Shown: positions 16,948 through 23,106 of the stretch, one piece after another | How the letters are laid out: every line of letters begins with the position of its first letter | How positions within the stretch are numbered: position 1 is the stretch's first letter | Translations under genes and position numbers: made by a program | The notes under the pieces: generated by a model | Told to the model about the DNA's origin: nothing | The model's database searches: none | What the model saw: the letters and a program-made list of their open reading frames with translations, nothing else | Source: an uncultured Syntrophaceae bacterium | GTDB taxonomy: Bacteria; Desulfobacterota; Desulfomonilia; Desulfomonilales; Desulfomonilaceae | Assembly (NCBI GenBank): GCA_964527475.1 | Contig: CAZGNL010000080.1 | Span: 1 to 23,106 of the forward strand | Direction of reading: 5' to 3' | Length of the DNA stretch: 23,106 nt

Positions 16948-16984
16948 CCACCCCATACGTTGACCCGGAAAGGGGTGGTTTTTT
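16948..16984 (+). terminator. Canonical rho-independent terminator (ccacccc-atacgttgacccggaaa-ggggtgg followed by TTTTTT)
   Basis: A 7-bp GC stem plus a T6 run on the + strand, ~450 nt downstream of the protease stop. Confidence 0.65.
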
Positions 16985-17001
16985 CACGAGACTTTCATAG
17001 G

Positions 17002-17027
17002 AATGCGCGTTCAAACAAGTGATAAAG
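17002..17027 (+). repeat. 26-bp conserved motif aatgcgcgttcaaacaagtgataaag (copy 2)
   Basis: Identical to 7673-7698. It again sits immediately after a terminator, and is followed by the perfect 8-bp hairpin caccgggc...gcccggtg (17040-17072). Confidence 0.6.
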
Positions 17028-17342
17028 GTAATGGTTCACCGGGCTTGAAGCGGCTCTGCGCCCGGTGAGAATGGAGGGCACACTCGACGTGGTGTGATTA
17101 GGTTCTCCACGATATATCCGTTCTTCGACCAAGTGGCCCATCCCTCGATATCCCCGTGTCTCCGTACAAAGCATAAACCCAAAACCTTTCTCGAAGCACC
17201 CACGCCCGGGGAGCCGGTACAGACTACAAATGAAGCTCCCACACCAACCGGCTCGCAAATTGGCCCTACGCACAGTAGCTCCCCCTCCAAACCTCCCCCA
17301 CACGTAATTCCGGGAGCTTGTACGGTTCACGGTGAACGGTTA

Positions 17343-17364
17343 CAACAGAACTAAGTATGGTGTC
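17343..17364 (+). repeat. Solo copy of the 22-bp TIR aagtatggtgtccccggaattc
   Basis: Matches the TIRs of the 13928-14285 element. Confidence 0.5.
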
Positions 17365-17610
17365 CCCGGAATTCTGGTAAATGAAGGCTTGCCGACTCGT
17401 ATCAATCGTGCTTGACGACTCATGCCGGGAAGGCTAGGATCTTGTTTTGAGTGATCGTCATGCACTCTTAGCGAGAGATTCCAATTGAAGTCTGAACATT
17501 TCCACGCAGGAAATCACCGGAAATTGAAGACCCCTGAGCAGAGAGACTTTCCGGCTCAGGGCTTCACGGAAATAGGGCGCGTTGTAAAAGGTCTTGGCAC
17601 CCGTCGTCGC

Positions 17611-19104
17611 ATGTGGGTCCTCGGGGTGGTCGCGGTACTGGGATTCTGCCTGATCATTAACAGTTCCTGGCGCGCAACGCCGGACAGCGCCTTGTACCTG
17701 GGGTTGGGGGAATCTCTGGCATCGGATCGAGGCTATGTGTTCAATGGTGATTTCCACACCTTTGTTCCTCCGGGATACCCGCTGATTGTGGCTGGGGCTG
17801 CTTACCTATTGGGAGATAATTTCCTGACTTATCGAATTCTTATGGCCCTACTCGGACTGTTGACCGCAGGGTTCGGCTATTTGTTCATCACGAGATTGTG
17901 TGGACCGGATACGGCCTTTCTCGCTGGCGGGCTATTCGCGGTCAACCATGTTCTCCTCCACAATTCAACGTTGACCCTCAGCGATGTTCCGTTCGCCCTG
18001 TTTGCGCTCGTGGCCCTGAACGCGGTGCTCTCGGCCTCTTGTTCGAAGAATCGCGCGGCATGGGTCATATTGGCGGGCTTGCTCACTGGGCTCCTTCCGA
18101 TCATACGCGTCAACGGTCTTGGGGTCGCTCCGGCTGCGGCCTTTTTTCTCTTCTGCTCGTGGAAGGACATGAGGCCGGCCAAACGTTGTTTGTGGATAGG
18201 GATATTTCTTGTATTGGCTTGCGCTCCCTTTGCTACGTGGCTGGCCTATAAGGCGTCTTTTCCAGTGTCTTTCGCTGAAGGAACCTACTTGGACTCGGTA
18301 TCCAGGAGGTTTGGGGATCAGGCCTGGGTGGTCTTCACTGCATTTCTGGGATACTTCCCCGAAGGAAGCTATGCTCTGACAGGGGTTTATCTGAAGACAC
18401 ACGTCCTGGAATTGATCGTCCCAGTGGTGACCGCTGTGGGCGCGGTTGTCGCGTTCCGCCGCGGCGATCGTCTTCTGGTCCCATTGACCGTGATCCAGTT
18501 CATGGGGCTTCTGCTGTCAACAGCGGGCAGCAGATACTTGATCTTCCTCACACCCGCGCTTTACCTTTTTCTGGCTCTGGGGATACTGCAAATTGTAGAA
18601 TGGCTTTCGCACAGAATCGACAAGCCCTTGGAACCGGGTCGTGTGCTGGTGATCTGTTTCATTGCTCTGGCGCTGACAAATGTCGGTCACAATTTGATCG
18701 CCATCGTCAAATGCCGAACCCCGCTGCAGGCCTATGGGCCCCAGTCGGACCGGAGCCTGCCGTTCTTCACCGCGGCCCGGTGGCTCAAAGTCAATGCCCC
18801 CGGGGCAAAGATCCTCACCCCGCGTCCGCGGACGATCCACTATTTGTCGGGCTGCCACACTATTTCGCTGCTTCGCTCCGGGGTGGCCATGCATGAAATG
18901 TTTGTGGATACTCGCGAGCAGGTTCAGAGCCTCATGACTGAACACAAGCCTGAATTCCTGTTTACGGATTCCAAGGCCCCGGATTTGCACTCAAAGATAA
19001 TGGACTCCATCAGAAACCTCGGGTTCGACCTCAAAGAGATCCCTGAAGCCGCCTCATCAGAGCGTTTTCATTTGTATGCAATCATCCCGAAACAGGGCTC
19101 ATAG
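17611..19104 (+). CDS. GT-C fold membrane glycosyltransferase, family 39 / ArnT-like (PMT_2)
   Basis: At least 10 predicted TM helices, a DxxxY-type motif (PDSALYLGLGESLASDRGY) in the first periplasmic loop, and a C-terminal soluble domain. The ORF track starts at a TTG at 17485. The ATG at 17611 (MWVLGVVAVLGFCLI) gives the short cytoplasmic N-terminus typical for the family. Confidence 0.65.
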   Translation: MWVLGVVAVLGFCLIINSSWRATPDSALYLGLGESLASDRGYVFNGDFHTFVPPGYPLIVAGAAYLLGDNFLTYRILMALLGLLTAGFGYLFITRLCGPDTAFLAGGLFAVNHVLLHNSTLTLSDVPFALFALVALNAVLSASCSKNRAAWVILAGLLTGLLPIIRVNGLGVAPAAAFFLFCSWKDMRPAKRCLWIGIFLVLACAPFATWLAYKASFPVSFAEGTYLDSVSRRFGDQAWVVFTAFLGYFPEGSYALTGVYLKTHVLELIVPVVTAVGAVVAFRRGDRLLVPLTVIQFMGLLLSTAGSRYLIFLTPALYLFLALGILQIVEWLSHRIDKPLEPGRVLVICFIALALTNVGHNLIAIVKCRTPLQAYGPQSDRSLPFFTAARWLKVNAPGAKILTPRPRTIHYLSGCHTISLLRSGVAMHEMFVDTREQVQSLMTEHKPEFLFTDSKAPDLHSKIMDSIRNLGFDLKEIPEAASSERFHLYAIIPKQGS

Positions 19105-19123
19105 CCGTAAAGAAGTCCTGTTT

Positions 19124-19185
19124 GTTCGCGGAGGCCTCGGCCCCAAGCCGGAGGCGGCGTCCCGCGCAGAGCCCGGGAACGAGCG
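19124..19185 (+). repeat. G-rich ~60-bp repeat family (gttcgcggaggcctcggccccaagccggaggcggcg...cagagcccgggaacgag), copy 1. It is followed by the hairpin ctatccctct-ggg-agagggatag at 19206-19230.
   Basis: Related copies lie at 22869-22920 and, partially, at 22390-22448. Confidence 0.5.
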
Positions 19186-19619
19186 GAGCGGAGTTCCCTT
19201 TTACGCCCTATCCCTCTGGGAGAGGGATAGAGTGAGGGTTACGAGGGATGCCGTGGCTTCCCCGGGGTGAGGCAAAGTCACTCATTTGACCGCGCATTGG
19301 TACAAGATACCCCGGCCTTTCTAGGGTTCCAAGCTGAACCGCAACTCTGCTTTACGCTCCTGAGGCAGCGCGTTCTGGTCTGGGCAGCAACTTACCCGGA
19401 CGCGCGCCAATTCATTGTCCCACCCCGGAATGCGCTGAATCGTGATCTCTTTGATCTGGTTTCCGCCGATCGAGGTGCCACGGACCGATGTGGGGATCTT
19501 GCTACCCCAAATCGGGCCATTTTGTCTTCCCTGGCGCGAGGTTGGTACGGTGGCCCAGGGGTCTTGAGCGAATGCGTGAGCTAATGGACGCCAAGGATCA
19601 GCCGCGGCGGCTCCCGCCG

Positions 19620-20462
19620 TCAGCTCGATCCGTTTGTCTTCTGGGCCCTTTCTTCTTGATATTGTTGTGTCTCGAATAGGAAGTTCGCCAACGTCCTTGC
19701 GGAGTTGACAACTAGTACAGCGTGATGCTTTGACGGTTTGTAGGTGCGGACGTGACGATCACCCATTCGGTTACTTATTCCTGAAAGACCATTAATGATA
19801 CTCGTCAGCCCTGACAGCACCTGCTTGAATGGTTGCTCGATGTCGGGTCGTCCAGGATCTAGGTTCAACAATTTCTGCACGCGCCGGTACAGCTTGACGA
19901 GATTGCCATCATAATCTGGGGCATTTTCATCGAGTTGTCGTTCCAGCTCTGCAAGGACTGCCTCCACGAGTGATCGGGCGTTGGTTATGGCTCCGTCGTA
20001 GTCTCCCTCTTGAATCTTTGTTTCGGATTTTCGGAGTTGCTCATCAATGAAGGTATGACCGTCCTCTTCGGATCCTTCGAAAGGATGTCGGACTTCCACA
20101 GGAACCCCTTCGAGATCACGGATTTTCGGTTGACCTTTGTGCAAAACAACTTCGTATCCGTCATAGCGGAGGTGCTTGTTGAGATAGTCGAGTACGTTCT
20201 CGACCTTGAAATCAGTATCCATGAACTCGCGTGGATCGAGAACCTGGGAAAGCAGTGCACTGAGGGCAGCTGTGCCGTTCAGGTCTCTTAGGCGGTCTTC
20301 GGCGTATTGGCCGCGGGATGGAAAACCTTGCCCGTACCTATCGTTCGCCCCGTATTCGTTGAACAGGCGCACCAACTGAGGACCGGTCCTATAGGGTGAG
20401 AGTTTCTTGTCGCCAGTAACTATTTGGCCAACGGTAATGATAGAACGTGGGGATAGGTTCAT
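19620..20462 (-). CDS. AbiJ-like abortive-infection protein with a C-terminal Abi_C/HEPN domain (Rx4H motif: SNRMGDRHV)
   Basis: The C-terminus GLSGISNRMGDRHVRTYKPSKHHAVLVVNSARTLANFLFE carries the HEPN Rx4-6H signature and resembles Abi_C. The N-terminal domain is unassigned. Local GC is clearly lower (~50%) than in the flanking housekeeping genes. Confidence 0.65.
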   Translation of the reverse strand: MNLSPRSIITVGQIVTGDKKLSPYRTGPQLVRLFNEYGANDRYGQGFPSRGQYAEDRLRDLNGTAALSALLSQVLDPREFMDTDFKVENVLDYLNKHLRYDGYEVVLHKGQPKIRDLEGVPVEVRHPFEGSEEDGHTFIDEQLRKSETKIQEGDYDGAITNARSLVEAVLAELERQLDENAPDYDGNLVKLYRRVQKLLNLDPGRPDIEQPFKQVLSGLTSIINGLSGISNRMGDRHVRTYKPSKHHAVLVVNSARTLANFLFETQQYQEERAQKTNGSS

Positions 20463-20544
20463 AGGCCTGTCCTGTTTCTGCCAGCGAACATTCTAATTCA
20501 GCAGTTTGCGGAGCCAAGCGGAGGAAATCTGCTGCAATCAGTTG

Positions 20545-20862
20545 TTACGAGTCGTGCCCATTGCCCGTCCGATTTCCATTATGGCGGCAACGGCTCTCAT
20601 ATTGATCTTTCGGAAGAAAATCTGCGGTTCCACAATTATCGGCATTCCACAACTTTCCATTTTGAGGTACTTGAAAATTCAATCGCTTCCCAGCGACATT
20701 AGCTGTTTTTTTCAGATTCTTCTTGAAGCTGGACTCCTTGATTTGTTCCAACCATCGTACATCATCCTGAGCTAGAATTGCGGCGATCTCTTCCCCGTAT
20801 CGGGCAGTCAAATGGTCGAAGATATCTGTCTTGCCTACCACCAAGCCGTTGAGGTCCGTCAA
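20545..20862 (-). pseudogene. Probable gene remnant (TTG-initiated ORF; the frame stays open upstream to a TAG with no ATG)
   Basis: The translation ...SEGSLTDLNGLVVGKTDIFDHLTARYGEEIAAILAQDDVRWLEQIKE looks protein-like but has no credible start. The C-terminal part is low complexity. Confidence 0.25.
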
Positions 20863-20906
20863 GCTCCCCTCGGAAAAAGACTCGGTGTCTTCAGTCAGAA
20901 ACCGCT

Positions 20907-20958
20907 CCTGGTCTGAATGCCTTTGTCCGGGGGTCTCATACAGATCAGAATGGGCTAC
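20907..20958 (+). repeat. ~51-bp repeat ctggtctgaatgcctttgtccgggggtctcatacagatcagaatgggctacc (copy 1), ~45 bp upstream of the 20862 ORF start
   Basis: About 85% identical to 22077-22127, which sits ~25 bp upstream of the 22053 ORF start. The two copies are direct repeats on the same strand, 1.17 kb apart. Confidence 0.6.
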
Positions 20959-21209
20959 CTTCCACTAGTGTGCGGTTCCCGCTCAAGCCGGGCTAGGCCA
21001 GCGTTGAGGAGTGGGGGCAGATGCTCACCAACAACCGCCCCCTTGCCTAGAAGACCTGGTGATATGCAGCGGATGGACAAATGATCCATCTCCACGCCAT
21101 GCCGCGGTGAAAGCCTGGAGCACCTTGGACATGCCTTCAAGGCGTTTGCGCTTCGCCGAACAGCCATGTGTTTCGTTCGCAAAGCAAAGCTCTACGGGTG
21201 AAAACACTC

Positions 21210-21278
21210 TCAGGCTTTGGTCTCGTGGAGAGACATGCAGCGCTGATCACCATCGCGTGAGATCAAAAGCTTGGTCAT
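21210..21278 (-). CDS. 22-aa mini-ORF (MTKLLISRDGDQRCMSLHETKA) with a perfect AAAGGAGG RBS. It is followed after 2 nt by a GTG-initiated 60-aa ORF (21025..21207), so the pair may be a frameshifted, decayed gene.
   Basis: gaaaggaggtcactttc-ATG. The stop TGA and the downstream ORF are offset by one frame. Confidence 0.2.
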   Translation of the reverse strand: MTKLLISRDGDQRCMSLHETKA

Positions 21279-21414
21279 GAAAGTGACCTCCTTTCTGGGC
21301 GAGACCTTTGATCAGAAAGAAGTGCTATCACGTTAACCCAGAAGAGTAAACGATTGCTGAGTCCTAACATTGCCTATCATTGGGGAGTGTCAGCCAGTCG
21401 GCTACATAGCCTTG

Positions 21415-22053
21415 TTAAGTGTCCCCCTTGCCAATGTTGAGAGATCCTAAGATCTTGTGCTCGTTCACTAGGATGTACGCACTGATAGCCGCGATGATCG
21501 GCACAGGCGCTAAGAGCCACCAGCCGAAGCCAGCCTTGACCCATGCCACGATGGAGCCACCCAATGACGAGCAGATGTAAAGCACTAGGTCCAGGTGGTG
21601 TCCCTTCGGCCCAAAAATGATGTACCGTCGGCCTTCGACTCCCGTCGGGGAGAACCTCCGGTGCTGTTCAAAGCCTAAGTCTTTCTCCAACTCGACGATG
21701 CGATCGAGCTTACAGAGATAGATCTGGCGATAGTGATGCGCGAACAACACCCAAATAGTCATCAAGAGCGAGACCAGAATGCCCGTCAGGCCTACAACTT
21801 TCGTCGTTGCAGGCGGCGACGAACTCACCAACAAGCCCCAGAAGACAAAAACGCCTGCGATGAGCAATGATCCTGCCTGCCATCTGAAGCTGTCGTAGTG
21901 CAAATAGGTGGCTTGCGCTGCTTGGTACTCAGCTATCTTCTTTTCCACGTGGAAATCTCCCGTACATCCATCTGATTTGTGGCACATAAGAACCCGATCT
22001 ACCCCATTCGGCGACATAAGACGGGTGCGGTTCTTTGGCGCCAAGCCCAACAC
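21415..22053 (-). CDS. Hypothetical integral membrane protein (about four TM helices)
   Basis: The 212-aa ORF starts at a GTG directly after an in-frame TGA. Alternative ATG starts are at 22017 or 21987. TM segments: AGSLLIAGVFVFWGLLV, VGLTGILVSLLMTIWVLFA, LDLVLYICSSLGGSIVAWV and WWLLAPVPIIAAISAYILV. It is preceded by repeat copy 2 at 22077-22127. Confidence 0.4.
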   Translation of the reverse strand: MLGLAPKNRTRLMSPNGVDRVLMCHKSDGCTGDFHVEKKIAEYQAAQATYLHYDSFRWQAGSLLIAGVFVFWGLLVSSSPPATTKVVGLTGILVSLLMTIWVLFAHHYRQIYLCKLDRIVELEKDLGFEQHRRFSPTGVEGRRYIIFGPKGHHLDLVLYICSSLGGSIVAWVKAGFGWWLLAPVPIIAAISAYILVNEHKILGSLNIGKGDT

Positions 22054-22076
22054 CTGTCATGAACTCATTCACTTGG

Positions 22077-22127
22077 CTGGTCTGAATGTCTTTGCCCGGG
22101 GGCTTCTACAGATCCGAATGAGTCACC
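22077..22127 (+). repeat. ~51-bp repeat, copy 2 (ctggtctgaatgtctttgcccgggggcttctacagatccgaatgagtcacc)
   Basis: See 20907-20958. Confidence 0.6.
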
Positions 22128-22389
22128 GCCGCCGACCATCAAGCTTTCTGTCGGACCGCACAGGGAGTCAGTGACGCCACGGCGCCAACACCGCTTTTCA
22201 GTTTCGGGAGCCTTTTTTGACGAACCCCCTAGAGGCACGCGAGGCCGGAATAGCCACGATTCAAGATCCTAGCGACAATGCAAGAGGAACCTGTCGCTAA
22301 CAACCTATTTGGCACCTTTACTTACCCTACCAGGGCATCCGTTTGTCTGTCAACGCGAATCCTCACCAGGAGTTCGCCCGGAAATTGAG

Positions 22390-22448
22390 GCGAAGAAGAG
22401 CGGGAGTAGCAGGCCCGGTCTTCGGGCAGAGCCTGGAAACGAGAAGAA
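22390..22448 (+). repeat. Partial copy of the G-rich repeat family (gcgaagaagagcgggagtagcaggcccggtcttcgggcagagcctggaaacgag)
   Basis: Shares the ...ggc(c/g)ccg...gcagagcc(c/t)gg(g/a)aacgag tail with 19124-19185 and 22869-22920. Confidence 0.4.
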
Positions 22449-22757
22449 AGGTGGAGGGGAATTTCCACAGTAGGTCCACATGTCCACTGGAACCATGATA
22501 AGCCTCCACCTACCAGGGGAAAAGAAATTCTCGGGCCCAGGCCAAACATCAGCCCGCTCCGGGACCCGAGGAGATGCACGTGGTGGCAAGAAGACCGGCA
22601 AGATGCCGGTCCTACTCCGGACGAATCACCGCGGTATCGGTCTCAAGTGTGGTGAGCGTCAGCCTATGGGAGAGGGAATTTGAGGATCTTCGGATGTCAC
22701 TTGTTTCTATAGAAGTATGCGTAATCCGAACAAACAGCCTCCCGCGTGTCACAATCC

Positions 22758-22794
22758 AAGAGGGCGACGCATGCGTCGCCCCTACGTCGGGGCC
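22758..22794 (-). repeat. REP-like unit aagagggcgacgcatgcgtcgcccctac fused to a second palindrome cccctacgtcgggg
   Basis: Same GTAGGGGCGACGCATGCGTCGCCC family as 3771 (in reverse orientation here). The cccctacgtcgggg palindrome also occurs at 4907-4920. Confidence 0.6.
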
Positions 22795-22868
22795 CCTCCA
22801 CTTTACCGACATTTCTATGCCTCGTTGTGCCTTACTTGGGCATGGAAGTTCCCATGAAAGTCATCGTT

Positions 22869-22920
22869 GTTCGAGGAGGCGCCGGCCCCGAGTAGGGGAG
22901 GCGGAGCCTGGGAACGAGGG
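22869..22920 (+). repeat. G-rich repeat family copy (gttcgaggaggcgccggccccgagtaggggaggcggagcctgggaacgaggg)
   Basis: About 80% identical to 19124-19185. Confidence 0.5.
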
Positions 22921-23106
22921 GAAGACCGCGCCGGTGCCCACGGGTCATGGCTCATGACGGAATTCTGTCCGGCTGATTGCCTGCTTGCCGGCCGTTGAGT
23001 AAGGCGGCTGACACGGCTATGCCGTGACAGGCTTTGCTCCGAAGTAACCAATTCCGCCCGGGTACCGCACATAATGAAGTCTTTTGGAGGGGGTCCGGGG
23101 CCACTC

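Noticed and set aside
17485-17610. TTG-initiated 42-codon N-terminal extension of the glycosyltransferase
   Set aside because: Rare start codon. GT39/ArnT-like proteins normally begin a few residues before TM1, and the ATG at 17611 fits that.
17590-17612. Sigma54-like TGGCAC-N5-GTCGCA directly upstream of the 17611 ATG
   Set aside because: The GG-to-GC spacing is off by one and the -12 element is weak. It would also overlap the start codon and leave no 5' UTR.
19267-19584. 105-aa + strand ORF downstream of the Abi gene
   Set aside because: No RBS, no recognisable motifs, and it runs through repeat and hairpin sequence. It is probably non-coding or a remnant.
1-23106. CRISPR array, tRNA/rRNA genes, integrase or transposase genes
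   Set aside because: No regularly spaced direct repeats with unique spacers were found, and no T-loop (GGTTCGAATCC-like) or anticodon-arm structures were recognisable by eye. No ORF shows recombinase or transposase motifs, so the many small repeats appear non-autonomous. A tRNAscan or Infernal run would be needed to exclude RNA genes formally.

Overview
This GC-rich (roughly 55-65%) bacterial chromosomal window is dense with small repeats. Gene content and the pervasive GTAG-type palindromic repeats suggest a Desulfobacterota/deltaproteobacterial-like anaerobe; this is a low-confidence inference.

Genes left to right:
- a type IV pilus minor-pilin cluster: a secreted gene, then PilV-, PilW- and PilX-like prepilins on the + strand;
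- a nitroreductase (-);
- a convergent prepilin-type pseudopilin with an unusually long leader (-);
- a secreted TPR-repeat protein (+);
- a small hypothetical with a degenerate ImmA/IrrE-like motif (+);
- a four-gene minus-strand block, tkt-rpiB-nfeD-flotillin;
- a membrane-anchored DUF3365-like protein carrying a CxxCH haem-c motif (-);
- a thermolysin-like M4 metalloprotease with no signal peptide (+);
- a GT39/ArnT-like membrane glycosyltransferase (+);
- a lower-GC, gene-poor, decayed segment at about 19.6-22.1 kb. It holds an AbiJ-like Abi_C/HEPN (Rx4H) protein, a gene fragment with a TTG start, a frameshifted mini-ORF and a 4-TM membrane protein. Two of these genes are preceded by the same ~51-bp repeat.

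The most striking feature is the non-coding DNA. At least six distinct small repeat families occur:
- REP/BIME-like palindromes that start GTAG and are centred on GCATGC;
- a ~290-bp MITE with 11-bp terminal inverted repeats (TIRs) and a 9-bp target-site duplication;
- a ~360-bp element bounded by 22-bp TIRs;
- a ~95-bp hairpin repeat;
- a 26-bp motif found immediately after two terminators;
- a ~60-bp G-rich repeat.

There is also a ~0.5 kb highly structured non-coding stretch that ends in a canonical rho-independent terminator, which makes it a candidate sRNA.

No rRNA, tRNA or CRISPR array was recognisable. All homology statements come from motif recognition by eye (prepilin G|F-x-x-x-E N-termini, HExxH/ExxxD of M4, RRSVRAF of nitroreductases, CxxCH, Rx4H). 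None comes from a database search.
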